From Candidatus Woesearchaeota archaeon (GTDB lineage: Archaea > Nanobdellota > Nanobdellia > Woesearchaeales > ARS49), in the NCBI GenBank assembly GCA_016203305.1, contig JACQMY010000020.1:8003-72002 (forward strand): a stretch of DNA of 64,000 bases, read 5' to 3'. The notes beneath the pieces were generated by a model. It saw nothing but the letters and a program-made list of their open reading frames with translations, was not told the origin of the DNA and did no database searches. The translations under genes and the position numbers were made by a program. Positions 19,622 through 29,018 of this stretch are shown here, piece after piece (position 1 is the first letter of the stretch; each line of letters begins with the position of its first letter).

Positions 19622-21481
19622 ATGAGGTGGTTGTTATTCGTACCATTGCTTCTTTTAGTAGTTCCTTTTGTTTCTGCTGATTTGTTAAGATGTGATTCAG
19701 AACAATACAAAGGAGTGCTTTGCGAAGCTTCCGAAGGAGTGTATAAAGCCTACCAGAATCATCTGAATGAAGTAAAAGCATCAAAAAGCAATTGTGGAAA
19801 GCAGCCGCGGCTGCCTCAGCCGCCAGGATGCGAAGGAGGATGGGTGCAGTATAAATGTCCCTTTGACGAGCCCGCCAGAAATCTGATATTCGAAATTGCA
19901 GACATTTGCCCAGCAACACCTGAAACTCCAACACCTGCTCCTACTGAAACTCCGAAAACAACGCCTGTCCCTCCAACAGTTACTCCTCCCAAACCTGTAG
20001 TGCCTGTCCCTCCAGCTGAGCGAAAGCACTGCTGTTTTTGTTTGGTACGCAAGGGAATGCAAAGAGAATCGTTGCCCATAGGAATAGTTTATACGCCTGA
20101 GCAATGCCAGCAGTCATGTCAAAAATACGGTTTCCTGAATAATCTGGAAATTATCAAGCATATCGCAAGGGTTGGTTTTTGTCCTCAACTGATGCCGGTG
20201 AGCGCTCCAAAAGAAGAGATCAAGGAAGCTCCCTGCAAAGATTGCCGCTCTCTGCAAATGCTGGTAAACAGCAAAAATGCAGGATTTGCGGCAAAATCCG
20301 CGAAATTGCAGAAACAGCTCGGAATTATTCAACGATATATAGCCTTGCTCAAGAAAAATATTGGTTTCGGTGGTGAAGGAGTAGCATTGACTGAGAATTT
20401 GTATGCAAAACTTGGGAGCGCAGAACGCATGGAAGCAGAAGTTAAAAGGCAACTTGAAGAGATCCAAAAAAAAGTTGATGCGCTTGCCGATGAGTTGTTT
20501 GATTGCATGAACTCTCCACTACCTCCATGCCCTGGCTTGGGCGGTGATGGACTTGAGCGCCCTCCCACTCCTGGAAGCCCCGGAGGAACCGTTGAACGGC
20601 CCAAATTCATAAGCGAAGAACCCCCAGAATGCCATGATTCTGATGCTCTTTCTCCATGGCCTCCTGAAGTGGAAGGTTATGTAAAGGTGACAAAACCCGG
20701 CAAGGATGCCGAAATTTTCAAGGATTCCTGTACAGTGCAAACAATTAAAACGATGTTGGGCGAGCGACCCTTTAGTGCAACACTAACAGAATGGTTTTGC
20801 AAAGATAAGACTGCTGCTTCCATGGAAATAACATGCAATACTGCAGAATGCAATAAAAAAGGAACTGCCTGCGGCCATTCTCTGACAAAAGCTCCTCCTG
20901 AATGTGGGAATTTGAAGGTTGAAACAGGGGAGCAATGTGATCCGCCTGGCGCTATTTGCCTTGGCTCAACATCAAAATATTATTTGAAAGGCGTGTGCAA
21001 GCCTGATTGCAGCAAGTGTGAATGGACTGATAAAACTCCTATACCTCCCGAGCCTCCCAAACCAGCAGAGCCTAAGCCTCCAGAGCCAACTGAGCCAAAA
21101 GGGCCTCCTCCTGTTATTCATTGGGACGATGAAGATGAAGAAGCTGTTGGAGAATGCAAGGATTGCCGCATCTTCAAAACGCGTCTGGACAGCCAAAATA
21201 CAAAATCAAGAGAATTGAGCGCGCAACTCAGCAGTATTCAAAAGCACATAAAAAAACTTGAAATGGATATTGCTCTGAGCGGTGAAGTAAAAGCAGCGGT
21301 TAATAATCTATACGCACAACTCGAAGATGCGAAGCGCACGGAAGCCAAGACTAAAAGTCAGTTTGAGGAAGTTAAAAGGAAAATCTTCGCACATGCTAGT
21401 ATTCTATCATATTGTATGAGCTCTCCATTGCCTCCCTGTGAAGGCTTAGATGAAGATGGCTTGGATCCTTCTAGGTACTGA
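19622..21481 (+). CDS. Secreted Cys/Pro-rich modular protein with duplicated coiled-coil module
   Basis: Signal peptide; two CKDCR...CMxSPLPPC modules; CHDSD...EWFC; CGNLKVETGEQCDPPG. Confidence 0.85.
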   Translation: MRWLLFVPLLLLVVPFVSADLLRCDSEQYKGVLCEASEGVYKAYQNHLNEVKASKSNCGKQPRLPQPPGCEGGWVQYKCPFDEPARNLIFEIADICPATPETPTPAPTETPKTTPVPPTVTPPKPVVPVPPAERKHCCFCLVRKGMQRESLPIGIVYTPEQCQQSCQKYGFLNNLEIIKHIARVGFCPQLMPVSAPKEEIKEAPCKDCRSLQMLVNSKNAGFAAKSAKLQKQLGIIQRYIALLKKNIGFGGEGVALTENLYAKLGSAERMEAEVKRQLEEIQKKVDALADELFDCMNSPLPPCPGLGGDGLERPPTPGSPGGTVERPKFISEEPPECHDSDALSPWPPEVEGYVKVTKPGKDAEIFKDSCTVQTIKTMLGERPFSATLTEWFCKDKTAASMEITCNTAECNKKGTACGHSLTKAPPECGNLKVETGEQCDPPGAICLGSTSKYYLKGVCKPDCSKCEWTDKTPIPPEPPKPAEPKPPEPTEPKGPPPVIHWDDEDEEAVGECKDCRIFKTRLDSQNTKSRELSAQLSSIQKHIKKLEMDIALSGEVKAAVNNLYAQLEDAKRTEAKTKSQFEEVKRKIFAHASILSYCMSSPLPPCEGLDEDGLDPSRY

Positions 21482-21582
21482 AGAAGCTATTACACTGAGC
21501 AGTTTCCATTCCGAAAGTTCACGACCAGACTCAAAAACATGAAAATATCTAATCAGCAGACAATTCCTACAGCCAATATTGC

Positions 21583-21726
21583 CTAGTCAACATCCCGCAA
21601 CAAGTCGTCAGCAGCCTGCATGGTGTCCTCGGCAACCTTGTCCTTGCCACAATACGGGCACAACTTAGGAGCGAAACTCCGCGTAAAACGCCAATTGCAA
21701 GCCCCACAACGATACTTACTCTTCAT
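21583..21726 (-). CDS. Small zinc-ribbon protein
   Basis: YRCGAC...CPYCG; start set at MKSKY. Confidence 0.8.
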   Translation of the reverse strand: MKSKYRCGACNWRFTRSFAPKLCPYCGKDKVAEDTMQAADDLLRDVD

Positions 21727-21782
21727 GCTCACCCAAAACAACCTCGGGGAAATATTTAAACTTGTCGAAATTGGGTATTTGT

Positions 21783-21862
21783 CATTAGGACGTAGGATGA
21801 AGGAAGAAGGCGGAAGGATGAAGAATACGGTCTTTAACCTTCTCCCTTCCACCTTCAATCCC
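21783..21862. repeat. Heptamer array with an inverted half
   Basis: acgtagg atgaagg aagaagg cggaagg atgaaga followed by ccttctc ccttcca ccttcaa. Confidence 0.85.
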
Positions 21863-21911
21863 AGATGTTGTTGGCGGCAAGCTTTAATATCGCGCTCACA
21901 ACGCAGAATAT

Positions 21912-22259
21912 GTGAAAACTCTACTCATACTAGCGCTACTATTTGCTGTATTGCTTACGCTCAGCGTGGCACCCTCAATGCTTGCAGAATGTCCCTCCCG
22001 CGCGTACGGAACAAACAACCAAACAACAATCAAATACTTCAGCAGCCCCTTTTGCATAGCCTGCTGGCACCAGAAAACAGAACTCCAACGGATTGCTGCA
22101 GAGAACGGAGACAAGTTCCTGGTAGAAGAATATGATGCAGACCTATGTGCTAGCGCAGCATACCCACAACGAGTAATGGGAGTGCCAGCTTTTATCAAAA
22201 ACAACAACATTTCCTATGGATTTAAGAACAAAGAACAACTACAACAACTCATCACATGA
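21912..22259 (+). CDS. Exported thioredoxin-like protein
   Basis: Hydrophobic N-terminus, FSSPFCIAC, VMGVPAF. Confidence 0.8.
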   Translation: MKTLLILALLFAVLLTLSVAPSMLAECPSRAYGTNNQTTIKYFSSPFCIACWHQKTELQRIAAENGDKFLVEEYDADLCASAAYPQRVMGVPAFIKNNNISYGFKNKEQLQQLIT

Positions 22260-22459
22260 AATATCGCATCTTGCTCGTCGCATTCTTCCTAGGCGTGCTA
22301 ATCGGTTTGAGCCTATTCTACCAAGCACCAACAGGACAAGCAATAAAATGCACCCTAAACAACCAACCATGCGAATGCAATAACCTCAATTGCACTTGTG
22401 GCGACCAAACAATACCAGCAGAATATTGCACACAAGGTTTAAATAAGAACGAAGGATGA
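22256..22459 (+). CDS. Small exported Cys-rich protein
   Basis: TM, PTGQAI, six Cys. Confidence 0.7.
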   Translation: MKYRILLVAFFLGVLIGLSLFYQAPTGQAIKCTLNNQPCECNNLNCTCGDQTIPAEYCTQGLNKNEG

Positions 22460-22511
22460 AGGAAGAAGGATGAAGACTGGCTGTTGGCAATTAGCTGTTG
22501 ACTATTGGAAA
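22449..22511 (+). repeat. Heptamer array
   Basis: acgaagg atgaagg aagaagg atgaaga ctggctg ttggcaa ttagctg ttgacta. Confidence 0.85.
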
Positions 22512-22516
22512 AGAGA

Positions 22517-22693
22517 ATGAAAACAGAAACAATCTTTTACACTGTTGGAATAATATTCACCATAGCGACAATCCTATACTTCACCTGGGAGTATCTATTC
22601 GACCTTGCACGATCACTCAAAATCATTGCCCTAAGCTTGCTAACATTATTCTTCTGGTTCCTAGCAAGCTACCTACGCGAGCGTGATGTCTAA
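22517..22693 (+). CDS. Small two-TM protein
   Basis: Two hydrophobic segments. Confidence 0.65.
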   Translation: MKTETIFYTVGIIFTIATILYFTWEYLFDLARSLKIIALSLLTLFFWFLASYLRERDV

Positions 22694-22953
22694 TGTGGGC
22701 ACAAGTAGTATTCTGGGCGTTAGTAATCCCACTGCTAATTGTACTGCTCATCGTTTACTTGAAAAGCAAAAAATTACACAGGCTAATGTACATACTCTCA
22801 GTATTCACGTACAGCATGACAATCATGTACGCAATCGACGCGTACGACCTAGGAAGAAACGCAATCCTGGGATTACTAGCATTCAGCGCAGCACTAATGA
22901 TGTACTTAGGCTACCACTTCAGACAACCAGTTGTTCATAAGAGGAAGAAATGA
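22693..22953 (+). CDS. Small three-TM protein
   Basis: TAATG coupling to the previous gene; hydrophobic. Confidence 0.7.
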   Translation: MWAQVVFWALVIPLLIVLLIVYLKSKKLHRLMYILSVFTYSMTIMYAIDAYDLGRNAILGLLAFSAALMMYLGYHFRQPVVHKRKK

Positions 22954-23546
22954 ACAAAAACCTGATCGCAGCAATCGTATGCGTTGTTCTAATCACAATC
23001 ATCACACTACTCAGCGCATTGCCCTTTGGCTTCAGAATAGAACAACAAACAGCACAAACGCTGCCAGCAGACCAAGTCGTGCCAGTAATGGACGAAGGAC
23101 AAGGATACTACGGGCCAACACCAGGACCAACAATACACACAATCACGTTCACAAACACATTCATGCCAAGACAATACGTCCTACCACAAGCACAAGCATG
23201 CCTGTACAACACCAAAAACGGACAAGGAGCATACCTAGGAACACGATGGCAAGTAAGCAGCATGCAAAGCAAAGTAGACTTTGGAGACAACCAAAACGTC
23301 GTCCAACTAGGAAAAGAAACAAGAACAGTCAAGCTCACAATCGACAAATTCGTCAGATGGAAAAGACCAATCGTACCACAAGCAGCAATGCCACCAGAAA
23401 AAATACCAAAAACAACAGATTATCCAGAAGGATTCGACACAATATACCTGTGGCTAATCACAAAAGAACAAAGCAACTTCTACCCGAGCTGTGAAAGCTT
23501 ACAACAAGTTGACATGGAATACGCGAAGAAGATAACATTAGTTTGA
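22950..23546 (+). CDS. Hypothetical exported protein
   Basis: ATGA overlap, N-terminal TM. Confidence 0.7.
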   Translation: MNKNLIAAIVCVVLITIITLLSALPFGFRIEQQTAQTLPADQVVPVMDEGQGYYGPTPGPTIHTITFTNTFMPRQYVLPQAQACLYNTKNGQGAYLGTRWQVSSMQSKVDFGDNQNVVQLGKETRTVKLTIDKFVRWKRPIVPQAAMPPEKIPKTTDYPEGFDTIYLWLITKEQSNFYPSCESLQQVDMEYAKKITLV

Positions 23547-23607
23547 ACTATGCGATCTTTTTAACTGCCAAGAACGCTTTATATTCTGCGGACCAACCTT
23601 TTTGTGT

Positions 23608-24472
23608 ATGGATGAGCGGATTCGTGAGCTTGAGAGGAGGGCTAGGGCTTCTCGTGATATTAATGCTGTGAATGCGTATTTTGGTGCGCTGCTGCGTTTG
23701 GGTTCCCAGTGTTTGCAGGGTTTGCTTGGCAGTGGCAGCGATTGGTGGCAGAACTTGCTGTACCGGCGGGCCTTAAAGGAGTTAGGTGGTGGTCGTGCTG
23801 ATTTGGACTTAACCTTGCCGCACCGTTGGAGTGTTGTTGGTTCTGGCAACATTAATTTTGGCGCCTGCCGCTTGCAGCTAGTGCAGGAGTGCAAGGAGGA
23901 TCCAGAAACGCATCAGAATGACCATGGACTTCACCCTTTTTTCGACCATGATGCGAGACCTTTGACTTTTAAGGAGACTATTCAAGCTCGGATGAACCAG
24001 TGGGAGGAGTCGAAAGGAACAGAGTGGAGTTTGTGGGTGTCATGGCTTGACTCGTGCACAGGCATTGTTTGGGAAGCTGGAGGAAGACGTTTTAAGATTG
24101 TTCCAATGCATGGTGAATTGCTGACTGCGCCAGCATCAAACGCTGAATATCTTTCTGCAAGCTTCGCAAATACTCCAGGCGATCCTTTAACGGTTGATGC
24201 AACGTACGATCGTGATTTGACTTTTGATGAGGTTATCGTGCATAAGGGCTGGCTCGCGGCAGTCGAAGGAGATGAAAGCTTGCTTCACCGATACGCGCAA
24301 ACCGCATTCGCACGCTTCGGAAGACAGAGGGATGCGATTCTGGACTGTCAGATCCGGACTTCCTGAACACTTGCGGGCGTTGTGCGCCTACAGTCTTAAC
24401 GGCATCTGCGATTGTGATGGCGACTGGAATCTCGACGGCGGCGCCCGTCTCGCCCGAGTGCGTCCGCTATAA
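23608..24472 (+). pseudogene. Probable DGR target-type protein split by a frameshift near 24320-24331
   Basis: ORF 23602-24366 joins ORF 24224-24472 ending GMRFW...LRALCAYSLNGICDCDGDWNLDGGARLARV; NNY codon run; downstream hairpin. Confidence 0.65.
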
Positions 24473-24497
24473 TGTGCGAGCGGAGCGAGCCACTCAC

Positions 24498-25100
24498 TTA
24501 CTTGCGGCTGAGAACAATCCGTGCATCAACAGCAAGAACTTCCTTATCATTCGCGAACAAAGGATTAACGTCAAGCTCCTCAATATCAGGCATTTTGTCA
24601 GGAAGTTTTGACAATTCAACCATAGAGTCAAGCAAAGCCTTCCTGTTAACAGGCTTTTGGCCACGAACGCCCTCCAACAGTCTGCTGCCCTTAAGCTCAG
24701 CAAGCATGCTCTCCGCGTCTTTTCTTGAAATAGGACACACACGAAAAGAGACATCCTTGTACACCTCAACGAAAATACCACCAACACCCGCAAGCAAAAC
24801 ATGACCAAAAGACGGGTCACGCTTAATGCCTAGAAACATCTCAACACCAGAAGAATGCTCCTGCACCAGAACCTTGCCGAGCTTCAATAACCTTGCAGCA
24901 GCAGACCTTGCCTCTGCAGCATCACGTGCAATAACAACACCACCAGCCTCTGTCTTGTGCACAACCTTCGCGCTAACAGCCTTCAAAACAACAGGAAAAC
25001 CAAGACGCTTGGCAAAACGCTCAGCCTGCTTGAGATTAGTTGCAACCTCAAACTTAGCAATAGGAATATTCAAAGACTGAAGCGCGACATCCAACATCAC
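24498..25100 (-). CDS. acdB: ADP-forming acyl-CoA synthetase beta (ATP-grasp) subunit
   Basis: GFPVVLK, HKTEAGGV, DPSFG, GGIFVE, ELDVNP, AVDARI. Confidence 0.9.
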   Translation of the reverse strand: MMLDVALQSLNIPIAKFEVATNLKQAERFAKRLGFPVVLKAVSAKVVHKTEAGGVVIARDAAEARSAAARLLKLGKVLVQEHSSGVEMFLGIKRDPSFGHVLLAGVGGIFVEVYKDVSFRVCPISRKDAESMLAELKGSRLLEGVRGQKPVNRKALLDSMVELSKLPDKMPDIEELDVNPLFANDKEVLAVDARIVLSRK

Positions 25101-26290
25101 TCAGGAACACCCCGCAAAAAGCCCAAGCCAACAGCAAAAAACACAAGCAAAGAAAGCAAAGCCGCCTGGTAGCTAACGAAATGCGCAAGCGCTCCAAACA
25201 CAATAGGGCCAAAAATTCCACTAAACTTGTTCGTAAGCTCCAAAAAACCAAAAAACTGGCCCGCATTAGCATGCTTAACCATATCCAACAATTTCGGACG
25301 CTGAGCAGTCCACACAGCACCCAGCGCAGCGCCACCCAAAGTACCAGCAAGGATGAACATCGGCAAATTCTTCACAAACATCAACAATATGATAACAGCA
25401 ATCCAGCCCCAAACAGACCACAGCAAAACCTTCTTGCTACCAAAACGATCAACAGCCCTGCCGGAAATCACGCTGCCAACAGTCGCGCCCAACGATTGAA
25501 TAGTGTAAACAACAAAAAAAGCCTTAACACTCAAATGAATCTGGTGCTTTGCGAACAAAAACAAAAACACGATAACAGCATTAATAGCATTTGTCACAAA
25601 AAACATTGACAACAAAAACCACAACACATGACGATGCTTTGAAACATTACGCAAAGTCTTCCAAACAGCTCTAACAGACTCGCCCAAATGCACAACAACA
25701 CCCTTGCGTAGCCGCAGTGCATGCTCGTGAATCCCGAAAAAAGTAGGCAAAGAAAACACGAAAAACATAATCGCAGTAGCCACGAAAATCGCACGCGCGC
25801 CCTCAGCAGTCTCCCAACCAAGACGCATCAACAACAAAGCAGCAATGCCCAAAGAAATCAATGTTCCAAGATAACCCATTGCTGTTCCAATCCCTGAGAC
25901 GTTTCCTGTCTCGTTTTTACCCGCAATCCTCGGCAACAGCGCATTATAGGTTGTCAATGCAGCGTGATACGAAAAGTTTGCCAAAAAACCAGCCAACAAC
26001 GCCCATGCCAGAGGAACAGCAGAAACAAAGGCAGTAAATAAACAACAAATAATTGTGAACACAATAATGAACGGCATCCGCCTCCCCAACAAATCACTCC
26101 ATGCACCAATCACAGGAACCGTAAACGCAACAGCCAACATGCTCAAACCAAACACCAAACCAATCTGCAACTCGTTACCACCCAAAAACTGCTTCACATA
26201 AAACGGGTAAAAGAACGTGACGAACAACGCGCTAAAAATAGTATTTGCAAGGTCGTACATGCCCCAAGCAAATACCTCTCTTTTGTTCAT
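25097..26290 (-). CDS. MFS transporter (UMF1/ATG22-like)
   Basis: WGMYDLAN, YNALLP, VSGIG; about 12 TM. Confidence 0.88.
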   Translation of the reverse strand: MNKREVFAWGMYDLANTIFSALFVTFFYPFYVKQFLGGNELQIGLVFGLSMLAVAFTVPVIGAWSDLLGRRMPFIIVFTIICCLFTAFVSAVPLAWALLAGFLANFSYHAALTTYNALLPRIAGKNETGNVSGIGTAMGYLGTLISLGIAALLLMRLGWETAEGARAIFVATAIMFFVFSLPTFFGIHEHALRLRKGVVVHLGESVRAVWKTLRNVSKHRHVLWFLLSMFFVTNAINAVIVFLFLFAKHQIHLSVKAFFVVYTIQSLGATVGSVISGRAVDRFGSKKVLLWSVWGWIAVIILLMFVKNLPMFILAGTLGGAALGAVWTAQRPKLLDMVKHANAGQFFGFLELTNKFSGIFGPIVFGALAHFVSYQAALLSLLVFFAVGLGFLRGVPE

Positions 26291-26374
26291 TAACGAATAA
26301 AAACGTTCTTTGCTTTTTAAATGTTAGTTTCGAGTATAGATATTCTTTTTAACAATGCACCACAAATCATCAAC

Positions 26375-26746
26375 ATGGACCTCCACGAGCTTCAACAACA
26401 AATCAAAGCATTCAACCAAGAAAGAGACTGGGACCAGTACCACAACCCAAAAGACCTATTTGTGGCGCTAGTAAGCGAGATAGGAGAGCTCGCAGACTGC
26501 TATCGCTGGCTCAACGCGGAAGGAATAGCAAAAATCCATTCAGACCCTGAAAAGAGGAAAAAGGTAGAGGAAGAACTGGCAGACATCATGATATATCTGC
26601 TGATACTCGCTTACAAAACAGACATAGACTTGCTTAGGGTGGCCCAGGAAAAATTGGAGAAAAACAAGCTAAAATACCCAATTGACAAAAGCAAAGGAGT
26701 ACACAGCAACGCGATTGAAGGGTATAAGGGAGTAGGCAGGTTGTAG
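26375..26746 (+). CDS. MazG-like nucleotide pyrophosphohydrolase (dCTPase type)
   Basis: ERDWDQYHNPKDL, EIGEL, EELADI, KNKLKYP. Confidence 0.9.
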   Translation: MDLHELQQQIKAFNQERDWDQYHNPKDLFVALVSEIGELADCYRWLNAEGIAKIHSDPEKRKKVEEELADIMIYLLILAYKTDIDLLRVAQEKLEKNKLKYPIDKSKGVHSNAIEGYKGVGRL

Positions 26747-26912
26747 GAGTTAGGACGTAGGTAGAAGGATGAAGGGAAAAGGATGTAGGACGTAGGATGA
26801 AGGTGGAAAATTGGCTGTTGGCAATTAGCTGTTAGTTGGTAGTGTGTAGTTTGTAGGATGTAGAAAGATGAAGAATGCAGTCTTCCCCCTTCTGTTTCAT
26901 ACCTTCAACCTC
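26741..26912 (+). repeat. Long heptamer array with inverted tail
   Basis: ttgtagg agttagg acgtagg tagaagg atgaagg gaaaagg ... ttggctg ttggcaa ttagctg ... ccttctg ... ccttcaa. Confidence 0.9.
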
Positions 26913-26977
26913 AAAAACAGGATGCCCGCACAAACCTTTAAAAACGTTTCCTGCCATCTTTCCAATAAAAGAGGACA

Positions 26978-27592
26978 ATGGTTTACGCAATAACAAAAAG
27001 AATATTCTGGCCACTCATCAGGCTATTTGTCAAAAGCATAGAAGGCTTGGAGAACCTGCCAGATGGCCAGTGCATTTACGTGTTCAACCACCACAGCTAC
27101 CTTGACGGATTTCTCGTGCCAATGATGGTAGCATGGTATCAAAACAAGAAAGTCTACATTTTTGCTACAAATCAAAAATTCACAGGCTGGCTATGGGATG
27201 GATTGTTTGAACACTTCGGCGCAATAAGAATTGGCGGAAGCATGCCAAAAGCAATCGAAAAATACAAACAAGGCTACAGCCTGGCACTCGCGCCAGAAGG
27301 ACAAAGAAGCTATCTAGAAAAAACCCAGCCAGTGCATCACACCGGACTAGGCGTAATAGCACTTGAAACACAAGCACTCATCGTGCCAATCGGACTGGAT
27401 ACCTACCACTTCTGGAACAGATTCGACAAGCTGCCAAGATTCAGAAAAAATATCGCCATAACAATAGGCAGGCCAATGAAGTTCACGTACAAAAAAAGCC
27501 CGGCAAACTTCAAAAAAGTAGTAACTCTTGTCATGAAAGAGGTGGACAAACTTGCGCGAATATCTCACACTCGCTCAACTGCGCTCGTATAG
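26978..27592 (+). CDS. Lysophospholipid acyltransferase (PlsC family)
   Basis: NHHSYLD (HX4D), APEGQRS, IVPIG, ITIGRP. Confidence 0.88.
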   Translation: MVYAITKRIFWPLIRLFVKSIEGLENLPDGQCIYVFNHHSYLDGFLVPMMVAWYQNKKVYIFATNQKFTGWLWDGLFEHFGAIRIGGSMPKAIEKYKQGYSLALAPEGQRSYLEKTQPVHHTGLGVIALETQALIVPIGLDTYHFWNRFDKLPRFRKNIAITIGRPMKFTYKKSPANFKKVVTLVMKEVDKLARISHTRSTALV

Positions 27593-29018
27593 TTTTGCAA
27601 AAATCCAACGACTGCAAAACCTCAGGTTCAAAGCAACCTGCAGCTACCTGCTGCCACAAGTGCCATTCTACAAACACCTCTTCCAAGCATACAATATAGA
27701 CCAGTATAAACTCCACACGCCAGAAGACTGGAAAAAACTAGGGTTGCCACTAATCAAGAAGGCAACATACCTTGAACGGCCAAAAGAGTTCGTCGTCACA
27801 CCAGACGTTAAGAATATATTTCAAAACCATTTACGATATCTGATCAGACAGGACGAATACCAAACAGCAGCAGCGCTACTCCTTGCATTCGACAAAAAAG
27901 AACGACTCAAAAACTACTACTCTCCAAAAATGCTCGTCTTCTCAGGAGGAACAGAAAGCGGAAATCCAGTGCCAGTATTACTAACAGCACAACAGAAATT
28001 CGACACGCTCATGAGCGTACTACGCATGATAGGACAAATGGCGCTTGGAACAATGCAACCTGAAAAGACAACAGGAATGAACCTGTTTCCCTACGCGCCA
28101 CACCTCGGATGGCATGCAGTTCACCATGCGCTCGACATCAACGCAGACTTAAACCTATGCACGGCAGCAGGAGGGGCAATCTCAACAGAAAGACTAGTGC
28201 AAATAGCAGACAAAACAAAGCCAAACATAATCTGCGGCATGAGTGAGTATCTACGCAACAGATTCCTGCCACTTGCAATCCAGAAAAAGATCACACTTCC
28301 TGAGCAAGTGCTTTTCGTCAACGGAGCGCAAAAAATGCACGAACCAGAACGTGAAAAAATAAGCCAACTCGCAGGAAAGATCGGTGTGAAAGATGCAATA
28401 GTCCTTGACCTTTATGGCGCCAGCGAGCTAAAAGAAGCACTGCTGCCAGAATGCCAACCAGGAAGCGGATTCCACCACGTCGCGCCACTAAGCACCATCA
28501 TCCGGACTGTTGAAGCAGAACACGCAACAAAAGAATTCATAGACGAATGGAACTTTGTGGAAGGCAAAGGATACGCAGCAAGCTGGAACATAGACGGTGG
28601 CGGAACACTCCTTGCAGGCTATTTACTCGGAGACCATTACGAAAAAGTTGTCAATGAACGATGTGCCCATTGCAGCCTGAATGTTGTGCGCATATACAAC
28701 ATCAACAGAATAAGAGAAGTAGAAGCACAATTGAAACTAACAGGGGTTGTTGAAGAAAAAATCAAAGGAACACGAGTAAACCTCGCAGCATACAGAGAAA
28801 CAGCACTCGCCATTCCAGAAGTCAAAGAAGCACAAGTTGTACTACAACGCAAAAAAGCACAACTTGAATTGAAGTATGTTTCAGACAAGCCAGCAATCGC
28901 GCGACAAAAACTCACCAAAGCCTTTGCCGCAGCAGAAATGAAGCCAAAACTCATCTTCACAACACTTGATAAAATACAAGGAAAAAAGATAAAGCTAGAG
29001 GCGATAAGGATAGAATGA
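27552..29018 (+). CDS. Phenylacetate-CoA ligase-like AMP-forming enzyme
   Basis: VPFYK, LPLIKK, FSGGTESGNP, LYGASE, KIKGTRV. Confidence 0.75.
   Translation: MREYLTLAQLRSYSFAKIQRLQNLRFKATCSYLLPQVPFYKHLFQAYNIDQYKLHTPEDWKKLGLPLIKKATYLERPKEFVVTPDVKNIFQNHLRYLIRQDEYQTAAALLLAFDKKERLKNYYSPKMLVFSGGTESGNPVPVLLTAQQKFDTLMSVLRMIGQMALGTMQPEKTTGMNLFPYAPHLGWHAVHHALDINADLNLCTAAGGAISTERLVQIADKTKPNIICGMSEYLRNRFLPLAIQKKITLPEQVLFVNGAQKMHEPEREKISQLAGKIGVKDAIVLDLYGASELKEALLPECQPGSGFHHVAPLSTIIRTVEAEHATKEFIDEWNFVEGKGYAASWNIDGGGTLLAGYLLGDHYEKVVNERCAHCSLNVVRIYNINRIREVEAQLKLTGVVEEKIKGTRVNLAAYRETALAIPEVKEAQVVLQRKKAQLELKYVSDKPAIARQKLTKAFAAAEMKPKLIFTTLDKIQGKKIKLEAIRIE

Noticed and set aside
21727-21858. N-terminal extension MKVEGRRLK...ILPPSSFILRP of the zinc-ribbon ORF (similar extensions at 608, 16871, 35695, 40142)
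   Set aside because: The extensions translate repeat or leader DNA; downstream ATGs fit better.
23602-24500. A complete DGR cassette in this window
   Set aside because: I found no AAC-rich template repeat matching the VR and no reverse transcriptase; only a target-like gene is supported.
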